Source of the DNA: Camelus dromedarius
Taxonomy: Eukaryota
Length of the DNA stretch: 64,000 bases
Reading direction: 5' to 3'
Assembly: GCF_036321535.1 (NCBI RefSeq)
Contig: NC_087451.1
Location: forward strand, 47,988,001 to 48,052,000
The notes under the pieces are model-generated. The model was not told the DNA's origin. It saw nothing but the letters and a program-made list of their open reading frames with translations, and ran no database searches. Shown here piece by piece: positions 45,901 through 59,699 of the stretch. Numbering within the stretch: position 1 is the stretch's first letter; the number at the start of each line of letters is the position of its first letter. Position numbers and translations under genes: made by a program.

Positions 45901-48900
45901 CACCTGCCTGACTGCCCAGCTCTGAGCAGTATGTGTGCCCTGTCCAGGGCTCAGGGGGCACTCTTTGCACAACACAGCAGGAACTGATGACTGCTTTGCT
46001 GAGGAAAGGAGCAGTGAACTCCAAGAGATCTGCCCCCTTAAATCCAGACTGCCGCAACATCATGACTCAGCACTGCTGCTCCAGCGCTAGGCTTTTTCAT
46101 AGATGATGGCTGCCTTGCAGCAGTAAGAAAAGCTTCCCACTTTTCTCTCAGAAATTCAGAGTCTTTCTGTGGTTCTGCTGCCTTTTAGATTATACTTATC
46201 TATGCTACATATCACACTAAGCTTTCATCTGACCCAAGATAATGAACAGACTGTTAGAGAGTAAAGTAATAAAAATGAGTAAGAAATGTTAGAGAACGTT
46301 ACCATTATTGGTAACCAGAGAAATGCAAATTGCAACAATAAGATGCTATTTTCTTCTGACAAAATAGGAAAGAATGAAATAGATAATGGTGATAAGCATT
46401 GTCCTATTGTCAGTAGGGTATAAATTGGTTCAATCTTTTTTGAAGGCATTATAGGACCCTTAAAGCAGTCCAGACTTTTTGACCCAGTAACTCCACTTCT
46501 AGGGATGTATCCTAAGGGAAAAAAAATTCTGTATAAAGATAACTTTTTTTAAATAATGAAAAAAAAAAAATGGTGCACCCATAAGATGGGATATTCTACA
46601 GTCATTTAAAAGTAGATTTATGAAGAGTTTTTAAAAAGATGGAAAAACAAGTTTAATGTAAGTTCATGATTTTTAAAGAAAGGAAATCCGAATTCACATA
46701 ATCGCTGAGAGGCTTTGGTGTAAGGTAAAATATAAGCAGAAGTTAAAAATGGGTGGTTCTCCACTTTGATAGTTCCCCCTAAAGCACATGGCTGCTCCAA
46801 TAAGGAGAGTGAATATAAACTCAGGGCTAAATAACATTAGTATAATAAAATTGAGTAATAAAAGCAGGACCTCAAATTTATTTATATATTATAATCTCAA
46901 TTATGGTTTTTCTTAAGCATTACTCTTTCATCAAATCTAAGACATTATCACTATTAAGATGCATACTCATTTAAAATATAAAAAGATAATCATCTTAGAA
47001 TTTACTGAATATGGTCATTTCTTTCTAAATCAGTAGTCTACAACTTTTTTTTCCCCCGACTCTTGAGTAAAGTAACATACTCATCAATTAATAGCAAATC
47101 CCAATAGCAAGGAAATCTGGTGTGGAAGTGTATTAAAATATTTTAGGGTGGGTGCTATAATGTTGGTTAAAAACTACTGCTTCTAGGTGGTGAAATTATT
47201 AATGATTTCTTTTTCTATTTTATTCACTTTTCTATTTGTAAAACTTTAAAATAAGTATGCATTATCCTTATAATCAGAAAAAAAATGTTGCTTTAAAAAG
47301 GAATTTTTTTTACCTATCTCTGGATTTTTTTTCTGACTTGGCTTCTGTGTCTCAGTGAGTGGGAGGGGGAGTGAGCTGCTGGTAGTGCATGTAGCCTATG
47401 CAAAAGGAACAATTCTCTTTCTCCGGCTAGGTGAGTAAGAAACCCCAGCATCTTCAGGAGCGCCAGGAGATTGGACAGGCTCTGCAACAGGCCAGGAGTG
47501 TCATGGTAAGTGTTGATTGACCTTATACCATTGCTAGGTCTCCTGGAAAGATCAAGAATGGAGACTCGAGGGTGGTTAGCAGATGGTGGTACTCAGCTGT
47601 GGCAGTTGGGAGAAGCAGAAGTGAGATTTCCTTTTGTTAAGAATATCTCTTCCTTATTGGAAGCTTGAAGTTGGGGTGCATGGCTTTCCTCCCCAGGGTC
47701 CCTACTTACTTCCGGCTTAATGACTTTATCTGATCTAGCCCAACCATCTTTCCCTCTACAGCAGTCATGTGTGCTGGTCTCTAAAGAGCTGATATCCTTG
47801 CTTCACCTATCTCTGTTACACTTAGATGAAGATAGAACTACTCTGAGTCAGGAGGTAAGCAGCATGATGAAGAAAGAGGCCTCTGTTGGGACTGAAGTTC
47901 AGCCAAATAAAAGAACCAGACACAGCATCTGATTCTTATCTTGTAGTCTCTGCATGCAGAAACCTTGGTCTCCTGCTGTTTTGATGTGTTGAAGAAGTTG
48001 AGGGCAAGGCTCCAGAGTCTCCAAGCAGAAAGGGAGGAGGCAAAGTGCAGGGAGGAAATGGCTCTCAGAGGCAAGGATGCGGTAAGATGTCAGTCTTTCA
48101 TTCCTAGATGTGAGAGGTTTCTTCCCAAGGGTTCCTATGGGAATACAAATTGACTTGAGACATAGATGGGTGGCTGAAGAACTGCCTGCCCTGGGGAATA
48201 ATGACCTAAACTCCCGATGTGATGGATAGTTGTGTCTTTTTGTGTTGTTTCCTTCCTCTGCCAAGGATGTCCTCACAACCTCTTCTCTAAACAGGCAGAG
48301 ACAGTGTTAGAGGCTTTCTGTGCACACGCCAGCCAGCGCATCAGCCATTTGGAACAGGACCTGGCATCCATGGGGGAATTCAGAGGCCTTTTGAAGGAGA
48401 CCCAGACCCAACTGGTAACTGAGAGCATTTTCCCTCCTGAGATACATGCTGATACATGGGGAGGATGGTCACATACCCCCTCTTCCCTGTATCCAGCGGG
48501 AAGGGCCCCTCCATCAGCAATCCTTCTTGTGTAGGTGGGGCTTCATACTGAGCAAGAAGAATTGGCTCAGCAGACAGTGAGTCTTACTTCAGCCTTGCAA
48601 CAGGACTGGGTGTCCATGCAACTGGATGTGAGTATTTGGGGCCATTATACTACTCCTGAAATCATAGCCAGTCCCGTTAGGAGCCTGTCTCAAGTGTGCT
48701 TTACTGACCTATTTGCTTTCCCTATTAGTATGTAACATGGACAGCTTTGCTGAGCCGGGTTCAACAACTCACAGAGAAATTCACAGCCAAGAGCCGGCAG
48801 ATCCTGCAGGAACGTGATGCTGCAATTGAGGGAAAGCAGCAGGTACAAACCAGAAGTGGATACTGCTTAGGCCTGGTTTCCTCCTTGTCTTCAGAAGGCC

Positions 48901-51900
48901 TTTCTGATGCGTGGTATCATTAGCCTCTTCCCCTGGACCTGTCTTCTTTCCACCTGTGTTTTTTGAGACCATCTAGTCCCTTTGCTGTAACACAGCCTTG
49001 GACCCAGTTGTTTCCTTTGCCCTTCAGCACCTTTTCAGCTACTTTCCTCCTGTTTCTACCTTTTCCTGAGGATCAGCCTTATTTGCTGCAGTGTTGTTAC
49101 CCCAGAACAAGGTGGTTTACTGTCCTGTTCAGAAAGAGAATCTGGACTAAGTCTTGGGACTCTTGATTCAAGAAGAAATGTGGGAGGAAAATGTCTTTTT
49201 TCTCTAGGTTTCCAGAGAGCTAGAACAAGTCTCTTCACGTTTAAAAGACTGCAAAGGCCAAATAGAACAACTAGAGTTGGAAAACAGTCGCCTGGCAACA
49301 GGTGTGTGTGTGTGTGTGCATGTGTGCATGTATGCAAGCATGTATACCTTGATAAGACTGAGGTTTGGCAGTAGAGCAAGAAGGTGCTCTAGAGCACTTG
49401 TTTTGGAGCAGAAGTGTGGGGAGGTTTGGGCCTGGTGACCACGTGGTGTCATTAGGATGCTTTTGGTCTAGATCTCCAGGCTCAGCTGCAGATTCTGGCC
49501 AGCATGGAGAATCAGCTAAAAGACCTACAGAGTCAGCATGCCCTTTGTACCCAGGACCTGGCCATGAAGGATGAGTTGCTCTGCCAGCTTACCCAGAGCA
49601 GTGAGGAGCGGGCTGCTCAGTGAGTTCCTCTCAGGTTATTGTGGCAGTAGGCGCCCAGGATGTAGGACCAGTGGGATCTAACACGACGTTTCTGGCAGAT
49701 GGCAAAAGGAAGAGATGGCCCTAAAACACATGCAGGCAGAGCTGCAGCAACAACAGGCTGTCCTGGCCAAGGAAGCGCAGGACCTGAAGGAGACCCTGGA
49801 GGTAAGGAAGATGGCTTGGAGCAAGGGATCTGGCAGGAGTGTGACTCTTTTCTGATGGTATTGAAGTGAAGTTTGAGACTGTGGACTGGAAAACATTCTG
49901 TTCCCAAGACTCTAAAATCTTCCCACTTAGACGCATCCCACCCCCCACTCCCCATCCTCCTTCCTTCTCCTGTCTCCCCAGTTTGCAGAACAAGAGAATC
50001 AGGTTGCTCACCTGGAGCTGGGCCAAGTTGAGTGTCAGTTGAAAAGCACTTTGGAAGTGCTTCGGGAGCGCAGCCTGCAGTGTGAGGACCTCAAGGACAC
50101 TGTGGAGAACCTAAAGTAAGATCTCTACCTTTCTGTGCTTCCCCCTTAGTGCTTATTTTTCTGAGGGCCACTTCTAGAAGCTAAAGTCTTCAAGAAGGGA
50201 ATTGTGAAAGGGTCCGAGAGCCTCTTGTTTCCTTCTTTGAATGTAACTCTGAGTTGGGATTTGGAGAGATGTACAGAGAAGGTCATCTGGTCTTTGGCTG
50301 TCTTTTCTGTTCCTTCCTTATCTCAGGGCTAAACTGGCCAGCACCATAGTAGAGAAGCAGCAGCAGGACCTGAAGAAGACACACCAGTATTCCCAAGAGC
50401 TGGGGGTGCTGACTAAGCAACTGCATAGTCTGATTCTCTTCCTACAGACAAAACTAAAGGAGGAGGTAGGATCTGGGGCTTCCATCTCTTCCCTTCCAGT
50501 TGTATCTTTGAATAAAGACGGTTTTATCTCTTCCTTCCCAGTCTATATACCTTTTATTTCCATTTCTCGTCTTACTGCATTAGCTAGAACTTTCCCTACA
50601 ATGTTGAAAAGGATAGAATCCAATTGAGAGAGACAGACTGAAGGGTCATCCATGTAGAAGTGGATGTTTTTATGAAGCTCCCGAGGTGGGACCACTTGAG
50701 GTATGGATTAGTGTAAAAGGGGCTAAGGATGAACCAAAAGGAATTAAAGAAAGACCTGTGGCTAGAGAGAAGAAATAACCAGAAAGATATGAGTCCTACC
50801 TCTGGAGAGAGAGCCATGTCCCAGATGCTAAGAAAATGAAGTTTCTAAAACAACATGGTCATCGGTCATCAAATAGGTCAGGTAAAATAAGAGCTGAAAA
50901 GTGTCCATTGCATTTGAAAGTAAGGGTGCCATTAGTTTACCAAATAATGAAAACTTTGGTGGAATGATGGAGCAGAAACCTGAGTGTAGTGGGCCAGGGA
51001 ATCAATAGGTGGTGAGAATTTTAGGCAAGAAATGTAGGGTTTTTTTCTTTGTTTGTTTGTTTGGTTTTTTTTTTTTTTTAAATTGAAGAGAAAGAGAAGC
51101 TAAAAGGGTATTTAAGGTAAGAAGAAGGTTTTTTTTTTTTTTTAATTGTTTTAGTGGAAGAGAATTAAGTTCAGGGAAAGGAGCTAATGGAGATGTTGAG
51201 GATAGAGAAGAGGTAATAGAGCAGCATTCTAGACGAGATGGCTGGTGAGTACCTGGAAGTTCAGGGAAATCACTAACCCTGAAAAGAAGCTGACCTTTTT
51301 TTCTTCTTTGCCCTTAGGTTGAACCAGAGACCCTCCCGATAAGCATAGCCTGTACTCCTTCCCAGGAACACCCTCTGCTCACCGACAGTGCCTTCCTGGG
51401 CAGCATCTTGACAGCAGTGGCAGATGAAGGTTAAAGGCCCTGGAATTGAGGGGTGGGAAAGTTGTGACCCTGCTCCTGATATCTGCAGTTGTTGAAGATG
51501 CCCACCAACAGACCTATGTCTCCCTGGTTTCTGTTATGATGGATCCTTTACTGGGTTATCAGAGGAGCCCTCAATCATGGTTGGTTTTTGTTTTAGAGCC
51601 AGAATCAGCTCCTGCACCCTTGCTTGGAAGTGACAAGAGTGCTTTCACCAGAGTAGCATCAACGGTTTCCCTTCAGCCTACAGGTTAGGATGGGCTCCAG
51701 GGATCCTGCCTCATTTCTAGATCTGGTAGTGATGATAAAGACTAAAGCAGTGAGAGGCGCTTTGCTCTAAAAACCTCAATTCTACCTGGGCTCATTTCAT
51801 TCCTGCCTTTTGGGATCTGTAATATTCCGGACGGTCAAATCTGGTGGGTGGGGAACATGGATAAGAGTTGTGGAAGTGATGGCTACATACTCCTTCCTTT

Positions 51901-53750
51901 TAGAGCTAAAGGGCTCTACCTCTATCTAGTACTTTCTCTTTTAGAAACCCCAGGCATTGAGAAGAGCCTGGAAGAAATGAGTACTAAGACTCTGGAGCTC
52001 CGGAGCCTGTGTTCCCTGCTGCAAGAGTCCAGAGAAGAAGCTGTCAGGACTCTGCAGCGGAAGATGTGAGTGGAGGGCAGTCTTGTGAGGGGGGCGGGTC
52101 AGGTGAGCAGCCCCTTATGTCAAGGGCCCAGCCAGCCCTCAGGGGCAGAGGAATAATGCTAAATTCTTCCCTCCCCTAGTTGTGATCTGCAGGCTCGGCT
52201 GCAGGCCCAGGAAGAACAGCATCAGGAAGCCCAGAAGGCAAAGGAGGCGGACATAGAGAAGCTGAACCAGGCCTTGTGCTTGCGCTACAAGGTGAAGGAG
52301 GGGCCTGGAAGTGAGGCGATGAAGAACTGGGGCAGCTATGCAGGCCCACTGGGAGCCGTTGTCTCTCCAGGAATCTGGGTGGTGGGGATTTTCCAACCAT
52401 TGCCCTAGTTTTGTTCTTTCTGGGGTCAGACATTTCACATGTTAGGGAATCAGCTACAGGCTGATCCATCTCCCAGGCTGACCTAGAAGTCAGGAACTCC
52501 CGCAGAACTCCCAACACTGAAATGTGCCAGGCCTGACATAGCCCTAGCGGAAGAACTGGGTGTCATCAAGTGGTATCCCTTGGGCAGAGCATGGGTCAGA
52601 CACTAAATCCTGTCTTCTGGCAAGGGCTGCAAAGAAACCAGCTTTCCTGCTGCCTTCTTACCTCCCTTTCCCTCACAGAATGAAAAGGAGCTCCAGGAAG
52701 TGATACAGCAGCAGAACGAGAAGATCCTAGAGCAGATAGACAAGAGTGGCGAGCTCATAGTATGTGCATCATGATGCCCGGCATTTGCCTTCTATGTCAC
52801 TAGTAGCCAGAATCCCAGATGTGGGAATTGGGACCTCTGGTCTACCCTTATTCAGCACATGGGATAAGGATAGAGAGGACCTCTGAGGGCTGCTGGATAC
52901 CTCTCCATTCTCATCCCCAGAGCCTTAGAGAAGAGGTGACCCAGCTCACCCGCTCACTTCGGCGTGCTGAGACAGAGACTAAGGTGCTTCAAGAGACACT
53001 GGCAGGCCAGCTGAACCCTGACTGTCAGCCCATGGCGACTAACTGGATCCAGGAGAAAGTGTGGCTCTCCCAGGAGGTGACTCAGAGTTAACAGAAGAGC
53101 TGGGCAGCTAGAGGGAACCCCACGCTATGCCCCTACTGATCTGGACATATCTATAGGTGGACAAGCTGAGGGTAATGTTCCTGGAGATGAAAAATGAGAA
53201 GGCAAAACTGATGGTCAAGTTCCAGAGCCATGTAAGAATTTCCATGCCATTCCAGGGCCATTTCCCGTCACCACTAGCAAGTGCCCTGCCATATTTTCCT
53301 TCCCCCACAAGCTATGTTCTTTTAAGCATAGCTCTTACGCACCCTATTTGCTTCTTAGAGAAACATCCTGGAAGAGAATCTGCGGCGCTCTGACAAAGAG
53401 TTAAAGAAACTAGATGACATTGTTCAGCATATTTATGAGGTAAAGGGGAGGGAAGGAGTTGATGCAACTAAGGCACTTGGTATAGGCCTGGCCCCAGAGG
53501 TACTGATGAGCATAGCTCTGGTTCCCAGCCTGTGCTGACAGCTGGCCCTGACTCACTGTTGCAGGCTTCTCTGTGGCTTCCATTTTCTCCCCTCTAACTC
53601 AGTGGGTGCTTCTAAGGGCTGGGAGCCTTGGGCCTTCGGCCTGTGACCCTGAGCTGCCTTTTCTGTATCTCTCCCCAGACTCTGCTGTCCATCCCAGAGG
53701 TCGTGAGGGGTTGCAAGGAGCTACAGGGATTGCTGGAATTTCTGAGCTAA
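39990..53750 (+). CDS. SPAG5: Sperm-associated antigen 5 (astrin), mitotic spindle and kinetochore coiled-coil protein, 24 exons, 1195 aa
   Basis: Exons: 39990-40040, 40310-40438, 42642-43729, 43833-44007, 47431-47505, 47762-47854, 47947-48081, 48295-48414, 48535-48627, 48729-48842, 49208-49301, 49472-49619, 49699-49801, 49982-50115, 50327-50465, 51318-51429, 51597-51683, 51945-52065, 52180-52291, 52679-52759, 52921-53076, 53157-53231, 53359-53439, 53679-53750 (3588 nt, phases consistent). Starts MWRVKKLNLSLSPSPQ and ends GLLEFLS*; the PP1-binding RVMF motif at 53169-53180 is retained. Confidence 0.95.
40850..41880 (-). mobile_element. Old L1M fragments in SPAG5 intron 2
   Basis: T-rich decayed sequence with antisense L1-like motifs (TGCCAGATCACT, CCATTTCCCCACATC). 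Boundaries approximate. Confidence 0.5.
44300..45450 (+). mobile_element. Decayed hAT-Charlie DNA transposon with a recognisable transposase C-terminal remnant, interrupted by an L1 tail (about 44905-45070, minus strand)
   Basis: 44486-44599 translates to DFWHISPKEHLELGGMPSFIPTYYHYLCEEVFS and, after a frameshift, FTSIKMDNRHRIVAEPCL. This resembles the hAT dimerisation motif FW...EYPEL...TTYLCE.GFS...K.K.RNRL. Element boundaries approximate. Confidence 0.7.
46921..47015. mobile_element. Short TcMar-Tc2 (MER104-like) MITE remnant
   Basis: Imperfect inverted termini TTTCATCAAATCTAAGA and TCTTAGAATTTACTGAATATGG. Confidence 0.45.
50470..51280 (+). mobile_element. L2-like fragments in SPAG5 intron 15 (with a short L1-like piece at the start)
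   Basis: Purine-rich decayed sequence with L2-type motifs (AAGTGTCCATTGCATTTG, TGGTGGAATGATGGAGCAGAAACC). Confidence 0.5.
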
Positions 53751-53853
53751 GAAACTGAAGGCTGGAATCTGTGTCACCGATTTTACCTGCAGTACTCCTT
53801 TACCCCAACACCAGACCAATTGGCATAGAGCCAGCTATGTTTAATGCTATTTA

Positions 53854-53859
53854 AATAAA
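53854..53859 (+). terminator. SPAG5 polyadenylation signal AATAAA
   Basis: Canonical hexamer about 100 nt after the stop codon at 53748-53750. Confidence 0.8.
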
Positions 53860-54439
53860 GTATATTTCATGTATTTCTTCAAGCTCACTGAATCTTATTT
53901 CATGGATGGGTGGTAGGTGAATGAAGTCTGGAGAGAGGCAGCTTGGCCCTTCTGCCTGGTTACTCCACACACACCCCTCCCACTGCATCCAGAGCCAAAG
54001 CCAGCTGCCTCACCGCCACCTTTTCTTGCTTCCCCAAATACTCGGCACTGGACTGCTTGTTCCCTGGCTCACAGCCTAGTGGGGAACAGACAAGGCTTCA
54101 TTCTCTTACCTTCTCCATCCCCCTTCGGGGTAGGCCCTGGTGAATAAGTGGGTGAGGACAGAGAAACAGTTCCTTACTCAGTACCCTGTCTTGGACTCCC
54201 CACACTGTTGGTGCCTCTGTCCCAACTATCCCATCCTTGGTGATTGTTTAGGTGCCTCTCCTTCACCAGACCAGGCTTCATCCCCAACATCCAGCACAGT
54301 GCCCTGCACAAAGTAAAGGCAACTGTGGCAGAAATGAGGGCAAGGCCATTTCCTGCCCAGGGGACCCTGGTGGCAGGGATCCACGAGGTGGGAGGGGGAC
54401 AGTTCACAACAACCTCCGAGATTCTGGCAACCTAGTCAC

Positions 54440-54665
54440 TCCACCTCGTCGCCCCGCCCCTATAGGCGTGGCCTTACCGCAGACTCCAGTCCTGCGGAGG
54501 GGGCGTGGCCAGGGCCGGGACGTGCCGGCCCCGCCCACCGGGGAGTCACGTAGCTCTGCGGCATCCGCAGCCTCATTTAGAGGAGCCAGGGTTGGGTCCG
54601 CAGCAGCTTTCGTTCCTGAGCTCGAGCTGTTCCTGTGGCTGCCGCAGCTAACTCGCTGCGCACAG
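54440..54665 (+). promoter_or_regulatory. ALDOC promoter and non-coding first exon
   Basis: Local CpG-rich patch with GC/KLF boxes (54451-54457, 54499-54509, 54529-54536), two RCGTG cores and TATA-like CATTTAGA (54574-54581). A strong donor CAG|GTGAGG at 54665/54666 fits splicing to the acceptor at 55883/55884 just before the ATG. The TSS is not exactly determined. Confidence 0.75.
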
Positions 54666-54961
54666 GTGAGGCCCAGGGAGAAGCGGGAGCTGCTCAGCCT
54701 TGCTGCTTCCTCTCCCTGACTCTTCTGTCATCCTTGCCTTGCTCCCGGGGGCCCCTTGATGTGCCTTCTCAGCTCTCTCAGCTCTCTCAGCTCTCTCCTT
54801 ACCTTTTCTCTCCTTTCTGTCCACTGGAAACCCCATGGCTCAGCCTCTCCCACGGCACTTCTTCCTCTTAGCTCTCACGCCTGGACCTCAGCTTTTCCAG
54901 TCCCAACTCTTCCTCTGCTTACCGGGTTTTTCCTTGGGGTCAGCCTCTCCCACCTAGACCA

Positions 54962-55065
54962 TTTTAAAAATTAATTAATTGATTAATTTTAAAATGGAGG
55001 TCCTGGGGATTAAACCCAGGACCTCGTGCATGCGTATGCTCTACCACTGAGCTATACCCACCCCC
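54962..55065 (-). mobile_element. Camelid tRNA-derived SINE in ALDOC intron 1
   Basis: GGGGATTAAACCCAGGACCTCGTGCATGCG...CTCTACCACTGAGCTATACCCACCCC. Confidence 0.88.
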
Positions 55066-55893
55066 ACTATCCAGACCATTTTAATCTCAGCCTCCTCCCT
55101 CTCCTAGGCTGAGTTCCTTCTCCAATTCTCCTGCCTTCTTGATCCTCCTAGTCTAGGTACCCTTTACCTATTTAGCCTGTCTCCCTGTCACCACCCCACT
55201 AGGCTTCTCCCTCCTCCTGCATCTCTCCCTCCTTTCCTCAGGCTCTCTCCTCATTCCTTTCAACTGTGATTCTCTGCTCTCATCTGCTGATTGCCTAGGC
55301 AGTCAGGTTTGGGCTATAGAAGAAGAGGTTATGGGAGCCTGTGGCCATGTTTTGTGACATTCCTACTCCCTACCTGCCCCTCCTCCCACCCTTTTCCTCC
55401 AGAAGCGGAAGGAAGAGGGAATAATGGGTGTTTTTGCCTCATTCTGAAGCCTTCGAAGTAAGTGCACTTTTCCTCAGAGCCCTGCTGAGAATGAGAAGAG
55501 GGAAGCTGGAAAGACCAGGGCTTGTGTCTACCTGAAGAAAGGGCCAAATTCAGTCAAAGAAGGATTGGCATCTTTGTCTGGGCAATAGTTTCTTAAGAAG
55601 ATCTGTAGCTTCGGGGCTGCTCACCTCCCCATCCCCACCCTGGGGCTGGGAAGGGTGCCCACCAGGGACAAAAGGAGGTGTGGGAACTGGGGCCCTAAGC
55701 CTGTTAGCTGTCAGAGGGATTGTGGTGCCACTTCAAGGCCCAGGACTCCTGCCAAGGACTGATGCTCTGTTCCCAGCTCCTGCTTGTTGGGGAGAAGGAA
55801 AAGGTTGGCCCATATGGACAAGAGAGGAAGCAGAGGAGGTGGTGGGTGGGGTCCAGCTTTTATGTCTTGTCTCCATTCCACAGGGCTGTCACC

Positions 55894-57898
<2,005 letters not shown>

Positions 57899-58279
57899 GT
57901 ACCCACTCCATACCACAGCCCTCGGCTTGACCACCTGCACCCAGTTTTGCCTGTAGTTATGGCCAGGGCCAAATAGCCATGCAGAGCAGAGATACCGCCA
58001 TCCAGCACTGAGTCATCTTCCTTTTTTTCTCCTCCCCTCCCGTTTCCAATTGCTGCACCTGGGACCATTGGATGGGAGGATAGGGAGCCCCTCAAAGGGC
58101 AGGAGAACTTGCTAGAAGTCAGAGCAGGATGCCTGGGTCTCCCCCTGCCTCTTCCAGCTCCCACAATTTCCTCATGGTGGGGTTGCTTCTCCTTGGGCTT
58201 TCCTTGCCCGCCCTCTCTCCTGGGACCAGAGGGTAGGACACCAGAGCTGACTCATGCTTTGGGTACATACCATATAGCA

Positions 58280-58285
58280 AATAAA
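58280..58285 (+). terminator. ALDOC polyadenylation signal AATAAA
   Basis: Canonical hexamer about 380 nt after the stop codon, followed by a GU/U-rich element (TTTGTCTGTCTGTTTT). Confidence 0.8.
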
Positions 58286-59099
58286 TGGTAGCAAAACATG
58301 CTACTTTGTCTGTCTGTTTTACACATCCAATTCCCACCTCCATGTTTCTGATCTCTGCTGACTCTATCTCTGAGCCCTCTCTGACTGTGGAGGTGGAGAG
58401 GGTGAGTTTTGAGTTGTACTGGGCTTTAAGTTTATGGGGGATGGGCATACCCAGTCACCATTCCCAGCTCAGGCTCTTGCCTGTTCATGTCCAAGCTGGA
58501 GCGTGGCAGTGTGGAGGGCTGCTAGTCTTTCAGGAATTGCCACTTCAGAGGCACTTGGCTGCAGCTGCAGAAGGATGGAATGAGGCAAGACTTGAGCAAC
58601 TCCTGAAGGCAGCTTTTGCACAAGGCCCAAAACTGGGATAAGAAAGGTTGGGAGTCTCTTACTTAGCTGTGTTGAGCCCTGCTGGGACTTGATGCATTTC
58701 GATAGGGGAAGCCACTGCAGGATGAGCACCTGGGCTTCTGCACAACAGGGAAAATCTGCAAGGCTCAGGACTGCCAGACTCAGCAGGGTACCTAGGAGGT
58801 TGCCAAGCGCTTTTGCCCACTCTCATTTGGGATAGATGAGGGCACAGAGGGAGCCAATTTAAGGGTCTGGGCAAAAGCAGACCTGGTGAGGTCTCATGCT
58901 GAACTTTGACCACTTGGCTGGTCAAGAAGCTGGGTCTATCTGAGCAGATGAAACAACGAGAGAACCTGCTGGTTGTGTTCTGTGTGAACTGGGGAGGCCA
59001 TGCTCTATGTAAAGTACACAACAAATGCTCCATCCAGCTATTTAAAATTGCAATAGGGGAATGTGAGCCCAGTGTGGCCTGATCTTATATTAACAAAAA

Positions 59100-59330
59100 T
59101 AGCTAATGCTTACATAGCACTTTCCTACCAGGTCCTATTCTAATCACTTTACATTTATTAACTCATTTACTATAACAATTTTATATAAACTGGATACTAT
59201 TACTATCCCTATTTTAATATGAGGAAACAGGCCCAGAGAGGTTAACTTCTCAAGATCACTCAGGTTAAGTGGTGAAGCTAGGATTTGAACCCAAGTGATC
59301 AGGATCCAGAGTCTGTGATCATGAATTTTC
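59100..59330 (+). mobile_element. MIR SINE (a second fragment lies near 59490-59650)
   Basis: TATCCCTATTTTAATATGAGGAAACAGGCCCAGAGAGGTTAA...GCTAGGATTTGAACCCAAG, the MIR core. Confidence 0.8.
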
Positions 59331-59699
59331 AAGAATTTTAAGTCAAGTATCCAGACTTTTACAAGTTGGAAGTGAATTCAAAAGCATTTGAAAAATATTG
59401 AACGAGCCAAATATTCTAAAAAGATATTACTAGCTTGCATCTCCGGAAGAGGAGCTCTGTGATAGTGATGATAAACAATGATCGTGATAGGTGACTTTTG
59501 ATTACTTTCCGTGTGCCAGGCCCCATTCTTTACATGAATGGCCTCAATTTAGTAAATATCTCCATTTTTCATGTGAGAAAACTGAGGCTTAGAGCTTCCT
59601 GTGGTCGTCCAGCTAGTATTTAACAGCTGCAGAGTTTGTGCTCTTAACCTTTGGGGCTAGGAGTATGTTCCATAAGGAAGGAGGGCACTAATCAAGTGA

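Noticed and set aside
45836-46063. 75-aa minus-strand ORF in SPAG5 intron 4
   Set aside because: Short, no recognisable similarity, no supporting splice or promoter signals; a length expected by chance.
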